DNA from: Thermoplasmata archaeon
GTDB taxonomy: Archaea; Thermoplasmatota; Thermoplasmata; RBG-16-68-12; JAFNFQ01
Length of the DNA: 64,000 bases
NCBI GenBank assembly: GCA_041489255.1
Contig: JBGPQV010000002.1
Location: 160,001 to 224,000, forward strand
Reading direction: 5' to 3'
Below are positions 48,231 through 59,100 of the stretch, in pieces. A program made the translations under genes and the position numbers. Within the stretch, counting starts at the first letter, position 1, and every line of letters begins with the position of its first letter. Under the pieces are notes generated by a model. That model was not told the DNA's origin, ran no database searches, and saw only the letters and a list, made by a program, of their open reading frames with translations.

Positions 48231-49241
48231 TTACTGTGTCTTCTGCTCGGTCTGTTGCGCCGGCCCCTGCTTCCCCGGTTCAGGCGGCGGGACCGGCTGC
48301 TGCGGCACGACCGGTTGCGCGGGTGCGTATGGCGGGTACATGGGATATCCGGGCATCATCGGCACCACCTGCACAGGTATCCAGACAACCGGCGATGCCT
48401 GCGATGCCGGCGGACGCGTTGGCTTGAGCTGTCCTCCTTTGATCCGCGTCGATACGTTCTGATACAGCAGGAGGAAGATGATGAAGGTCACGAGGCCAAA
48501 AGCCCCGGCCATGAGCGTCGGCCAGCCCGTCGACGTGGTTAGATATGAGCTGGAATAGCTGTCGGTGAGCCTGTCGATGATACTTGGCAGCTGCAAGAAC
48601 GCGAACGCGGACACGATCCCCGGAGTGGCGGTCCCGAGCCCTGCCGCGAGATAGAGATGCCGATCGTATTTCTGGTCCACGAGCCCTTGCACAGGAAGGA
48701 CGATCGCCATTGCAGTGAAAGCAGCCACAAGAGTGCCCATCACGGCTCCAGCTGCGACGATACTATAGTAAGTCCCGGGGTCCGGATGACCGTAGTAGAA
48801 GAAGGAGGTCTGGAACTGGAGGGCCAGCGTGATGATTGAACCCACGACGGTGGTTACGATAGCTGCGATTATCAGACCCATCGCGACATTGACGTGCCGC
48901 GCATGGTTTGGGCTGAATTCATTCCGACCGCCATAGAGGTAGCCGAACCCGACAAGATAGAAGACCAAGACCAGGATTTCAAGGATTATGGTGATGGCGG
49001 TGTAGGCTAACACCATGATCATGGCGGAATAGTTGTAGTACGAACTCGTTGCCAAGCTATCGAGATTGACCGCACCCCAGACACCGTACACAATCTGCGA
49101 AATCAGCACTCCAAGGTAGATGGCGAATGCGATCGTGCACCACCGAATACCCTTCGGCGAGTTAGGTTCTTTCTGGAACGGAGCGCCAATCGGACCGTAC
49201 ATCGGATAAGTCTGCATCTGCAACCCAGCCTTGCTCTTCAT
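48231..49241 (-). CDS. Multi-pass membrane protein with Pro-rich C-terminal tail
   Basis: About 6 TM helices; start uncertain (49241, 49223 or 49217). Confidence 0.75.
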   Translation of the reverse strand: MKSKAGLQMQTYPMYGPIGAPFQKEPNSPKGIRWCTIAFAIYLGVLISQIVYGVWGAVNLDSLATSSYYNYSAMIMVLAYTAITIILEILVLVFYLVGFGYLYGGRNEFSPNHARHVNVAMGLIIAAIVTTVVGSIITLALQFQTSFFYYGHPDPGTYYSIVAAGAVMGTLVAAFTAMAIVLPVQGLVDQKYDRHLYLAAGLGTATPGIVSAFAFLQLPSIIDRLTDSYSSSYLTTSTGWPTLMAGAFGLVTFIIFLLLYQNVSTRIKGGQLKPTRPPASQASPVVWIPVQVVPMMPGYPMYPPYAPAQPVVPQQPVPPPEPGKQGPAQQTEQKTQ

Positions 49242-49341
49242 CGTTCCCCGGATATATAACGGTGACGAGGACATGTCGACGCAGGGATTGCACAGGTTAA
49301 TCAAACTCGGTTCGGTAGTCAAGGTCGAGGTCGCGTTCCAA

Positions 49342-50070
49342 ATGAAGATTGCAGGCGCGATGGACTTGACGGGGATGGCGGATCTTGACCGTGCGGTGGA
49401 GACGTTCAAGCGTGTGGCGGTGAAGTACAATGCACTGGGCGTCGACGTATCGCGGCCAATTGTGTTGGTTGTCGAGAACCTGCCCATCATGGGAGCGACT
49501 GAGCCTGCAGGCGATGCGTTCCGCCTCCACATAGGCATTCAGGCCATGTCGTCCGGGATGCTTGACGGGCTCATCGCGCATGAAGTGGGACACATGTATC
49601 GGATCCAGCAAGGACATCCTTCGCATTCTGCCGATGTGCACGGGCGTTTACTGAGCACCGTCGGCGTCCGAGGGAAGGGGGGAAGGGAGTTCCTCGGGGT
49701 CGCGCGCCTCGCGCTCAACCACGTCGAAGACATCTATGCGGATGACCTGGCGTTCGACGTGATCGGAAGCGAAAGAGCCCGAATGTTCTTCACGGACTGG
49801 ATCCGCCGTTCTACCGTGAGTCGTGGCAAGCGATGGGAGACTGTCGCGAACGAGGTCACGGTGGCGTTCGGCCTCGGAAACATGGAGCGACATGGAGTCC
49901 AACCGGAGGATATAGTCTTGCGGGAGACGCGGGAATTCTCCGGAAGAGCCGGGCTCAACCTTCTTCCGAAGCTTGTGGCCGCCTACCGGGACCTGCCGAA
50001 GACCGGCGATGTTGAGACCGCGATCCGAGAACTGCTCATCGATGTCAGGGACGAAGGCGCTGGTCGATAG
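49342..50070 (+). CDS. Zincin-like HEXXH protein (DUF5781-like)
   Basis: LIAHEVGHMYR...HPSH, NHVEDIYADD; start uncertain. Confidence 0.75.
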   Translation: MKIAGAMDLTGMADLDRAVETFKRVAVKYNALGVDVSRPIVLVVENLPIMGATEPAGDAFRLHIGIQAMSSGMLDGLIAHEVGHMYRIQQGHPSHSADVHGRLLSTVGVRGKGGREFLGVARLALNHVEDIYADDLAFDVIGSERARMFFTDWIRRSTVSRGKRWETVANEVTVAFGLGNMERHGVQPEDIVLRETREFSGRAGLNLLPKLVAAYRDLPKTGDVETAIRELLIDVRDEGAGR

Positions 50071-50156
50071 GATCCAGCTCGAGGAATTCCCTGCCCCTCC
50101 GTGCCATCCACATCACAGTCGCACTGCCCCAGATCCTCATTCAAGAAAAATACGGA

Positions 50157-50241
50157 TGCGTGGGCCAGGATTTGAACCTGGGAACCCCTTCAGGACCAGC
50201 ACCTCAAGCTGGCGCCTTTGACCATGCTTGGCAACCCACGC
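50157..50241 (-). tRNA. tRNA-Leu (anticodon GAG)
   Basis: GCGTGGG acceptor, CCAGC-TTGAGGT-GCTGG anticodon arm, variable arm, GGTTCAAATCC. Confidence 0.95.
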
Positions 50242-50250
50242 ATCTTGCGA

Positions 50251-50368
50251 CGCTGAGGGGGAGATCCCCGCCCCGCCGCAGAGCGCGACGGGGATTCGAA
50301 CTCCCGTGGGCCGTGTGACCCACCAGATCTCAAGTCTGGCGCGTTGGGCCTGGCTTCGCTACCTCAGC
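50251..50368 (-). tRNA. tRNA-Ser (anticodon TGA) with 30-nt intron in the T-loop (50265-50294)
   Basis: GCTGAGG/CCTCAGC acceptor, G73, CCAGA-CTTGAGA-TCTGG anticodon arm, long variable arm; T-arm GGGAG-TTCGAA^T-CTCCC interrupted by a BHB intron. Confidence 0.92.
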
Positions 50369-50390
50369 GCGAGTCATCAAGACCAAGGGT

Positions 50391-50406
50391 GTAATTTAAC
50401 TTTGCC
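50391..50406 (-). promoter_or_regulatory. BRE/TATA for the tRNA-Ser/tRNA-Leu pair
   Basis: GGCAAAGTTAAATTAC about 25 nt upstream of tRNA-Ser. Confidence 0.55.
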
Positions 50407-50443
50407 TCGCAGAGCACAAGCGCTGCGATGGTGCGAGGCCGGC

Positions 50444-52069
50444 TCATTTCGTCTCTTTCAGAACCGCCGCATTCAGCTCGAATGCCGCCACGGGATGGCC
50501 GAGACTGTGGGCTTCTAGGACAGCCGGCGCAATCTCGCCGAAGAGCCCCGCATTCCTCCCCGAAACCATCACCGCCGCACATCGGCCGGGGATGAAGTTC
50601 GGGTCGCTCGACGTTTCCAGATCGAATTCGCGGCCGAGGTCACGCATGATGCTCTGCACGAGAGACTTGACCTCGGTGAACGAAGCCTTTGCATGAATCG
50701 ATGCTCCCGCCAAGTGCCTTTCGTTCATCGCCCCCGCCAGGACGTCCTCGACCTCGAATACGCGCTGCGGCAGATCGCGATGGGTGTTCATCGTCAAGAT
50801 TCTCAGCAAAGATGGCAGCAGCGAACTCCTGAGCCCGCTCAATTCCGACGAGACGGGGTTGAGGATTCTCGGTCCGTCGGCGCCGCCCTTGAACGGCGTC
50901 TGCGGATCAACCATCGACAGCGACATGATTTCCTGATAGCCGTAGCCGATCATCATCTCCCTGAGCGTCTGCGAGAACAGAGTGATGCGCGCGGGCGCGC
51001 CAACGGTCGATTCGCGCGGCAGCCTGAGGGGAATCCGGTCATAGCCATGGCCCACCCCGATGTCCTCGATCAGGTCGACCTCGTGAAGCATGTCGACCCG
51101 GTAGGCGGGGATCTGCGCCTCTATCGAATCCCCCGTCACCCTGGCTCCGAACCGCATCTTCTCAAGGCAGCCCGCCGCCTCTTGCGGCGTGATCGACAGA
51201 CCCAGAAGCCTATTTGCGCTGGCGGTGCTGACGTTCCTAACCTTCGCGGCGAGGTCCGGCGTCCTCATCTGCCGGCCGGGCAGCTCGAGCACGATCGATT
51301 CGATCCTGCCTCCCCTCTCGGAGAGCGATGTGGATATGATATTCAACGCGGAGCTGACCGCCCCGAACTCGAGACCGGTGACGTCTATGAACAGGTTCCG
51401 CGTGTCCTCCGTCAGCGCAGTGGCCGTGCCGTTGATTATTGGCGGGAAGGATAGGACAGCGCCTTTTGCATCCTCGATGATCGGATAGAGAGCTTTGCCC
51501 TCCAGGATGTGACCGAACTCTCTGCCCTTCTCGTGCCTCTCGAGGATTTCGAGCAGGGTCAATTCGTCCGCTAGGCCCAGCGGGGTGAACCTGACGCTGT
51601 CAGGCTTCACGGCCCTGAACTTGAAAGGGGGCGTCACCTTGTCAACGTCGTGAATCCCGATCGCGACCTTCTTCCGCCTGCGGCCAATCGTCATGTGCAG
51701 CTTCTCTTGAAGGTCCATCAGAGACTTCACAAGTACGTCCGTCATCTCGACGCCGCGCACGAGCCCGCCAACGGCGTGCGGCCGGACCGCCTCGACGCTC
51801 TTCTCGATGATGAATCGCATGTCCGACTCATGCACATCGAACCGGGGCAGTCCCTTTTCGATATCAAGAACGCCCCTGAGCGCCCGCACAAGCCCCTCGA
51901 CCGAATACATGTCAGGGCGATTCGGGGATATATCGAAACTCAGCTTCTCTCCTTCGATTCCTTCGTCGGCACCGCCAATCATCGACGTCTTCGCCCTGAT
52001 CTCGTCGATCGAGAACCTCTTCCCAAGCAGGTCGATGATGTCCGAATACTCGAAGGATACCACTGTCAT
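50444..52069 (-). CDS. pheT: Phenylalanine--tRNA ligase beta subunit
   Basis: PNRPDMYSVEG, LQEKLH.TIGRRRKKVAIGIHD, SFPPIING, R.D.LHEVDLIED, LRSSLLPSLL. Confidence 0.96.
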   Translation of the reverse strand: MTVVSFEYSDIIDLLGKRFSIDEIRAKTSMIGGADEGIEGEKLSFDISPNRPDMYSVEGLVRALRGVLDIEKGLPRFDVHESDMRFIIEKSVEAVRPHAVGGLVRGVEMTDVLVKSLMDLQEKLHMTIGRRRKKVAIGIHDVDKVTPPFKFRAVKPDSVRFTPLGLADELTLLEILERHEKGREFGHILEGKALYPIIEDAKGAVLSFPPIINGTATALTEDTRNLFIDVTGLEFGAVSSALNIISTSLSERGGRIESIVLELPGRQMRTPDLAAKVRNVSTASANRLLGLSITPQEAAGCLEKMRFGARVTGDSIEAQIPAYRVDMLHEVDLIEDIGVGHGYDRIPLRLPRESTVGAPARITLFSQTLREMMIGYGYQEIMSLSMVDPQTPFKGGADGPRILNPVSSELSGLRSSLLPSLLRILTMNTHRDLPQRVFEVEDVLAGAMNERHLAGASIHAKASFTEVKSLVQSIMRDLGREFDLETSSDPNFIPGRCAAVMVSGRNAGLFGEIAPAVLEAHSLGHPVAAFELNAAVLKETK

Positions 52070-52226
52070 TATCGGCGGGTGAGCATGGCCGGACGGTATA
52101 AGAAAGTGCTTGTGGATTCCGGACAAGGGCCGATAGTATGGAGGTGTCGGGGGAGGCGATATCTTTACATGTAAAGAGAGCGGATATAGGTCGGGATAGC
52201 CGTCTCGGTTCAGGTGGCGAATCGCG

Positions 52227-54149
52227 ATGAAAGACATGTGGAAGGCGGGCATCGTCGTCATAGTGTGCTTGTCGATCGTTTTCGAGTTGAGCCCTCTGAT
52301 CTTGCTCAGGAATGGTTCTGATACTTCGGGGCAGAACCCGCCGAATGGTCAGGATCCTCCGGTGGTTCCCAATTTCGAACCGACCCAAGACTGCCAACAG
52401 TACACGGCGTTCACGTCTAGGTCGGAGATCGAGCAGCGGGTGACTGCCGATTGGAATGATCCGTCGAATCCTGCCGGGGGCGGCGGAATCGGCTGGTTTG
52501 GAGGACCCACGCTCGGATCGCCGCAGACCGATTCGTCCCAGATCGGGCTTGCGGGCGACAGTCCCACTCGAGACTATTCCGAGACCAACACGCAGGTGGC
52601 GAACGTCGATGAACAGGATATCGTCAAGACGGACGGTACCTACATCTACACGATTTCTGAATCCGAAGTGGTCATCTTGAGGGCGTATCCGACCGACCAG
52701 GCGGGTATCGTTTCCCGAATCCAGTTCGACGCGTGGCCGTTAGGTCTTTTCATCGACAATGACAGGCTCGTCGTGATCGGGGGCTATTCCTACGACAACT
52801 ATTGGGACGGCTACAACCGCTCATATGACAGCTCCGACACACACGTGTCTCTCTACAACATCGCCGACCGCGCGAACCCGGTCGCCGTGCAGGAATATGC
52901 GATAAGTGGCACTTTTGCCGGAGCACGCATGGTCGATGGTTTCGTCTACGTGATCACCACGGATTTCCTCTACGACTACGGGCAGGGCGTCTCGCTCCCC
53001 GCCATCACCGTCGGACCTCAGACCGAGGAGCTGCCGCCGGCCCAGATCGGCTACTTCGAGAACGAGACCTACGGCAATGCGGTGACCCTCATTCTTGCGA
53101 TCAACGCTGCTGGCGATGGCTCTTACTCGGCCGCAGGGTACCTGACCGGGGGCTTCGGCGTTCTGTACGTTTCGTACGACCACATGTACATCGCCGTAAC
53201 TTCCTATGAATACCTCAACGATGAAGGATACTACGAAATGCTGGAGAAGACCGCGATCCACAAGATTGCGTTCGAGGAGCTCGACACGAACTATGTCTGC
53301 ACCGGCGAGGTTCCTGGCCGCCTGCTGAACCAGTTCTCAATGGACGAGTACGCCAGCAATCTGCGCGTCGCGACAACAACAGGCCAGATGGGGTGGGGAG
53401 CCGGCAACCCCAGTAACAACATATATGTCCTCGACTCCGAGATGGCGCTCCTCGGCAAGCTGGAGGGCCTCGCACCTGGAGAACAGATATACTCCAGCCG
53501 GTTCTTCGGCGAACGCGCCTACCTCGTGACCTACATGAGAATCGATCCCTTCTTCGTGATCGACCTCTCCGATGCGGCGAATCCAAAGCTCGTGGGATCA
53601 CTCGAGGTTCCGGGCTTCTCCGACTACCTTCACCCCTATGGCGACGACCACGTGATCGGCATAGGTCAAGACACACTGGTTGACCCGAGTGGCGGCTTCA
53701 GCTGGTTCCAGGGGCTCAAGCTGTCCCTGTTCGACGTCACGGATGTCGGGAACCCGGTGGAGGAGGACAAGATCGTGATTGGCGACAGGGGGACTACCTC
53801 TGAAGCCCAGGATGATCACAGAGCGTTCATGTTCGACGAGGAGCGCGGAATCCTGGCGTTCCCGGTCAACCTCTATCAGGATGAGAGCAACCCGGACCCC
53901 AACGGCTGGAATTGGACATATGGCAGCTATGTCTGGCAGGGGGTCTGTGTGTACCAAGTCTCCCTGGATGGCGGGTTCCAGTACATCGGCCGGGTGACGC
54001 ACGGATCTGACGGACAGCCCTACTACTACGATACGTTGTATGTTCGCAGGTCGCTGTACATCGATGACGTGCTCTATACGATTTCGACCGGCATGGTCAA
54101 GATGAATGCGCTCAGCGACCTTGCCGAGATCGGCAGCATCGAACTGTGA
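52227..54149 (+). CDS. Secreted beta-propeller domain protein (Beta_propel family)
   Basis: YSETNTQVANVDEQDIVKTDG, LLNQFSMDE, LRVATT, GEQIYSSRF, DPFFVIDL, PGFSDYLHP, GLKLSLFDV. Confidence 0.9.
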   Translation: MKDMWKAGIVVIVCLSIVFELSPLILLRNGSDTSGQNPPNGQDPPVVPNFEPTQDCQQYTAFTSRSEIEQRVTADWNDPSNPAGGGGIGWFGGPTLGSPQTDSSQIGLAGDSPTRDYSETNTQVANVDEQDIVKTDGTYIYTISESEVVILRAYPTDQAGIVSRIQFDAWPLGLFIDNDRLVVIGGYSYDNYWDGYNRSYDSSDTHVSLYNIADRANPVAVQEYAISGTFAGARMVDGFVYVITTDFLYDYGQGVSLPAITVGPQTEELPPAQIGYFENETYGNAVTLILAINAAGDGSYSAAGYLTGGFGVLYVSYDHMYIAVTSYEYLNDEGYYEMLEKTAIHKIAFEELDTNYVCTGEVPGRLLNQFSMDEYASNLRVATTTGQMGWGAGNPSNNIYVLDSEMALLGKLEGLAPGEQIYSSRFFGERAYLVTYMRIDPFFVIDLSDAANPKLVGSLEVPGFSDYLHPYGDDHVIGIGQDTLVDPSGGFSWFQGLKLSLFDVTDVGNPVEEDKIVIGDRGTTSEAQDDHRAFMFDEERGILAFPVNLYQDESNPDPNGWNWTYGSYVWQGVCVYQVSLDGGFQYIGRVTHGSDGQPYYYDTLYVRRSLYIDDVLYTISTGMVKMNALSDLAEIGSIEL

Positions 54150-54158
54150 GACGAAAAG

Positions 54159-54263
54159 TGGGCCCGGCCAGATTCGGACTGGCGACCTCCCGGTTTCAGA
54201 GAGCCCCCTTTCTCCAGAGGATCCTATCAGCCGGGCGCTCCAACCATGCTAAGCTACGGGCCC
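54159..54263 (-). tRNA. tRNA-Ile (anticodon GAT) with 30-nt intron at 37/38 (54195-54224)
   Basis: GGGCCCG acceptor, CCCGG-CTGATA^A-CCGGG anticodon arm, T-arm GCCAG-TCCGAAT-CTGGC. Confidence 0.92.
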
Positions 54264-54418
54264 GTGAACACCACGTAAGTTAGGAATCCACTTAAACGTT
54301 ATTCCGAGGTCCCGCGGACCTCCCGCCACCTGGCCAGCATCGCCAACCCGTCCCAGCCCCAATAACCACAGGGAAAGCTTTTTATCGATAGCGCGGAATT
54401 CTGAAGTCCAGTGGAAGA

Positions 54419-54934
54419 ATGGAGGTCCTCGAGGCTGCCAAAGCCGTACGGAGCGTGAGCAAGTTCTTGCCAACGCCCGTGCCCGAGCAGAAGGTCCAGA
54501 CCGTCATGAACGCCGCAAGGCTGGCAATGTCGGTGGACAACCTCCAGCCGTGGAAGTTCATCGTCGTGAACGACGAGGAGCTCAAGAGACGGCTGGCTGG
54601 TGCATGCACGAACGGCCGGACGATGGCGGACGCGCCACTGCTCATAGTGGCTTGCGCTCGCATGGACGAGGCGGTGAGCATGGTCGGCGGGTACATGAAC
54701 TCGTTCCCGCTCGACCTCGGCGTGGCCATCGGCCACCTCACCATGGCAGCGACAGGCGAGGGGTTAGGGACCTCCTGGACTTTCGCCTTTAATGAGGACA
54801 AGGTGAAAGCCATCCTAGGCATTCCTCCGGATGCCAAGGTGCTAGGGTTGACGCCTCTGGGATTCCCGGAAGAGCTTCCACCGCCCGCCGGCAGGAAACA
54901 CCTGTCGGAGATCCTCAGCTACAACAAGTATTGA
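54419..54934 (+). CDS. Nitroreductase family protein
   Basis: RSV.KF, AARLA.S..NLQPWKFIVV, L..A...GLGT.W, LGFP. Confidence 0.9.
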   Translation: MEVLEAAKAVRSVSKFLPTPVPEQKVQTVMNAARLAMSVDNLQPWKFIVVNDEELKRRLAGACTNGRTMADAPLLIVACARMDEAVSMVGGYMNSFPLDLGVAIGHLTMAATGEGLGTSWTFAFNEDKVKAILGIPPDAKVLGLTPLGFPEELPPPAGRKHLSEILSYNKY

Positions 54935-54970
54935 AAGCTCCCGAGCTAGGAGCCCCAGAGGAAAGAAAGC

Positions 54971-56197
54971 ATGGCCCTCCGAGCCATCACCCCGAGCCAA
55001 GAAGCGTACTGCTCCAAGTGCCACGTTAAGCTCTCCCTCGAGGAGACGCGCTGCCCTGGCTGCGGCGAGGATTTCACCGGCGTGATCGACGCGGGCCTCT
55101 GCGGCGAATGTCAGGCCGTCGTGACCATGGACTCCGATAAATGCCACAAATGCGGGGCTGTGTTCAAACCGGTGAAGACCCAGGGCGGCCTCAACGAGAC
55201 TGAGTACCTGCGCAGGATGCTGCAATGGCGGGGACTTCAGGCTCAGAAGTTGAATGGCATCACCCCTCCGCCCACGCTGGATCCCGCGGTTATGATGGCG
55301 GCTACCGCCAGTTCCCCGCTCGGCCCGCAACCGGTTAATGTGCTCTACCAGCTAGCAGAGCCGCTGGAGAAGGTGCTCAAACTCCGAAGGAAGCGACTTG
55401 AACAGATGGACGAGCTCATAGCTGAGGCGAAGCAGCGCATCGATGAACTCGGAGAGACCAGCGACCCCATCAATCAGAAGGAGAAAACGAGGCTCAAACG
55501 CTGGATCGATGAGACACAGATGGAGCGCGAGAATCTGGCTACCATCGAAAACAGCATGATTGAGATGGAGAAGGTCTACAAGAACCTCCTAGCATTGCAG
55601 CAAGTGGAGATGCAGACAAAGGAGGAGAGCATCAGGATGCGACTCGATTCGGTCGGAGCCGAACTCGAGCACATGGAGAAGGAGAAACTCACGATTCAGG
55701 AGAGGGAGACCGAAATCAAGAGGAGGGAGGACGAGCTCCGCAAGATTCTCGAACGGATAGACGAGAAAGAGAAAGAGCTGTCATCCCTGGAACGGCTCCT
55801 GACAGGCAGGGTCAAGGAATCGGAGGAACACAAGAAGAGGCTTGACGACGCCGAGAAGCAACTCGAGAAAGACAAGTGGATGGCGGCCCAGAGGCAGCTG
55901 CAGTCGCAACTCATCGCGATGAAGACCGGGAATGCTGGCGGTGAGTCTGGCGAGAGACCGGGCGAGCGAGACGAGAGACTCAGCCAAATCGAGGAGCGAA
56001 TCAATAGGCTCACCAAGGAGAAGGACGAGATGCTCCAGGAGAAAGAAGAGACGAACAAGCTCCTCTCTGAAATAAACCGGCTCCTGAAAGTCCTGGACGA
56101 CCTCCTCGGACAGCTGCCCAAGAGTGTGATCAGTAAGTTCGCGAACAGCGAGGACTACAAGCTTTACGAGACAGTCCTCCAGAAGTGCGGGGTGTGA
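54971..56197 (+). CDS. Double zinc-ribbon plus coiled-coil protein
   Basis: Four CxxC pairs at the N-terminus, long E/K/L heptads, small helical C-terminal domain (LLKVLDDLLGQLP...F..S.DY.LYE). Confidence 0.8.
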   Translation: MALRAITPSQEAYCSKCHVKLSLEETRCPGCGEDFTGVIDAGLCGECQAVVTMDSDKCHKCGAVFKPVKTQGGLNETEYLRRMLQWRGLQAQKLNGITPPPTLDPAVMMAATASSPLGPQPVNVLYQLAEPLEKVLKLRRKRLEQMDELIAEAKQRIDELGETSDPINQKEKTRLKRWIDETQMERENLATIENSMIEMEKVYKNLLALQQVEMQTKEESIRMRLDSVGAELEHMEKEKLTIQERETEIKRREDELRKILERIDEKEKELSSLERLLTGRVKESEEHKKRLDDAEKQLEKDKWMAAQRQLQSQLIAMKTGNAGGESGERPGERDERLSQIEERINRLTKEKDEMLQEKEETNKLLSEINRLLKVLDDLLGQLPKSVISKFANSEDYKLYETVLQKCGV

Positions 56198-59100
56198 TTC
56201 CCACGGGTCTGAGGGACAAAGCCAGGGAATTGGCAGGAAATGAGGAGACGGAGGAGCAGAAGGCTGCCGTCCCGCCGACCGCCGACGATGTCTCAATTTC
56301 CGAACCCGACACGGTCACCGTGCCGCGCTCACAGCTCCAGAAGCTCGAAACCGGTTTAAGGGAGCTAGAGCAGAAGCTCAAGGACTCTCAGAAGGAAGCG
56401 AAAGATAGAGCCGAGCATCTAGGGCGAGAGTTGAAGCGAGCGGGGGAAACCCTGAACGCGAGAGAGAGCGAACTAGCTGACATGGGTGAGATGGTCGCCG
56501 AGCTGGAGAGAACCGGCAAAGAGCTGGCCAAGGAGAAGAAGGAGCTCGAAGCCAGACTAGCGCAAGAAGGCGAGACTGGCAAGAAGACGTCAAGGCTGAA
56601 GAAGGAGCTTGATGACACCAACGCATTGCTGAGGAAGAAAGAGGATGAGCTCTCGGACTTGCGCCAGGAACTTGACAGTCTGACGGGGGAAGTCGAAGCT
56701 TTCAGGATGGCCAGAGCCCTCACGGAGGACAGATTCAAGAAGGATCTGCAGCAGGTCAAGAGCAAGCTGGAGAACGCGGAGACACGAGGCCTCGAAATGA
56801 AAAAGGAGGCCGAGCTCGCAAAGACGCGAGAGGAATCCGCGAACGAGATATTGGAGGAAAAAGACAGACTCCTCAGGGCGGATCAGGAAAACCTTGAGAG
56901 GGAGAAGAAAGAGAACGCCGGCCTCAAAGAGATGCTGAGGCAGAATAGAGAGTCTGCAAAGTCGAGGGAGAAGGAGCTCAACGACAGCATGTCGGGACTA
57001 ATGGCCGAGCTCGCGGAGAGAAGGGGGGAGACGGAGAACCTCAGACTGCAGATCGACAAGTCCGGGGACATTTCGACCCGCGAGAAGCGCTTGCGCGACG
57101 AGGCGAATCGACTCGATTCGAAGGCGAAGGAACTGGGCGCCAAGGAAGCAAGTCTGAGGACGCTCGAGGAAAACCTCTCGGCAACGAAGAAGGAGCTCGA
57201 GAATGAGATCAACACGCTGGAGGATGCGAAGCGCGGAATCGAAGCATCGCGCGCGGAGCTAGAGCGTCGGGAGAGGGAAGCGAAGGCGACAGACAAGAAG
57301 CTTTCCGCCGCCAAGGATGATATCGACAAGCAACGCCTGACCCTCGAGCAAGAATCCGCCGCGCTCAAGTCCGAGAAGATCGCCCTCGATAGCACGATAA
57401 CGGAACTCGAACGGGAACGCGGCAACCTCGCTGCGCAAGAGAAGGAGCTGTCGAAGCGAGAGAAGAACCTCGCCAAGAAGCAGGGGGAACTGGACGAGAG
57501 GTTGCGCACCGCGCAGGACGAGAAGCAGGCTGTATCATCGGCAGCCAAGGCCGTCGAACGGGAGAAGGAAGAGATTACGAGCCGCAAGACGGAGATAGAA
57601 GCACTGGCGGCAGAACTGGCACGGCAAGAGGAGAACCTAGATGCGAAGATGGAGGGACTGCAGAATGAGCGAGAGAGGAACGAGACCGCATTGCGGGAAT
57701 TGGACTCACGCTACGAGGAGTTTTCACGGCGCGAACTCGCCCTGACGAAGCTCGACGCGGACCTGCAGAAGAAGAAGGCGTCGCTCGACGAACTGGGGCC
57801 GGAAATGGCGCAGGAGCGGGAGAGGCTGGATGGCGAGGGCAAGGAATTCCAGCGCAGAAGGGAGGAGCTCCTCGCGCTCGAGAGAAGCGTCTCAGAAATG
57901 CAGGCAGCATTCCAATCCAAACGCGAATCACTATCGAGGGAAGTGAAGGATCTAGAGGCCAAGAGCAAGAAAGAGGAGAAGAGGCTCTCAGCGCTCGAAG
58001 ACGATATCAAGGGTCGCGAGCAGGAAGTCTCGCGCATAACCGCGGAAATCAAGGTGAAACAATCCGCACTGGAGAACCTCGAGAAAGAGCTGAAGAACAG
58101 GGAAGCCGCACTGGAACGAAAAGATCAGGAACTGCGCGAGAGAGACATGGGAGTGCAAGCTTCATTCGTGGAGACGCAGGCGGAAAAGGAGAGGCTCGAA
58201 AGCCTGAGGGTCCAGCTCGAGACAGTGAAGCGAGATCTGGAAGAACAGGAGAGGAGCGTCGCCGCCAGCGCAAGTGAACTCGCGCGAAGGACTGCTCGCG
58301 TCGAAGAGGAGGAAGCAGAATGGCGCAACCGCAAGCAGGAGCTGGATGGGGAGAGAAAGATTCTCCAAGAGCAGGAGAGGGCGCTCGCGCGGCTCAAGGC
58401 GGGGGTCGAGAAGGAGAAGGCGGTGCTGGACGCCAGGGGGAATGCGGCCAATCAGAAAATCAAGGAAGATGCCAGGTCGGCAGAGAGACTGAAGGATCGG
58501 GAGAAGCGACTGGCCGACCTCGAAAGGGAATTGGTGGCGAAAGAGACTGTGCTCCAAGGCAGAATCAAGGAGCTTGAAGGGTTCGAAGGTCGGGTTTCCG
58601 AGAGAACTGGGGCACTTGACAGCAACCTCCGGGAGATTGGTGAAATCAGGCGCGATCTCGACCTCCGGGAACGCGATCTTGCGGCGGCGCTGGAGAGGGC
58701 TTCGGGGAGGGAGGGTACGAGCAAGGAATTGAAGATAAGGATTCAACACGACAAGGCTGAAATCGACCGGGAACGCAATGAACTCGAGAGGATGCGGACG
58801 GCGGTGAGGAAAGAGGCCGAGGACCTCGACAAGAAGGAGATGCGTCTCCGCCAGAGCGAGAGCCTTCTGGAAGCGAGGACCGCGGAGCTGCTCAAGATGC
58901 ACAAGTCCGTAGACGAGGACCGCAAGCAGCTCAGGACAACGCAGATGAAGATGCTCCAAGAGGTCGCCAAGGCGGAGAAGGAAGCGGGCAAGAAGCAAGC
59001 GCGGGCGTTCGAAAGAATTGAGCGCGAGCGAAGGGGCGTGAGCCTGGAGAGGGAGAAGCTGGCTGAGATGCTCAAAGCGAAATCCTCGCTTCGGGATGCT

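Noticed and set aside
50251-50368. tRNA-Sec or an integration-disrupted tRNA
   Set aside because: The anticodon is UGA (reads the Ser codon UCA), not UCA; the acceptor is a normal 7 bp and the insertion forms a clean BHB
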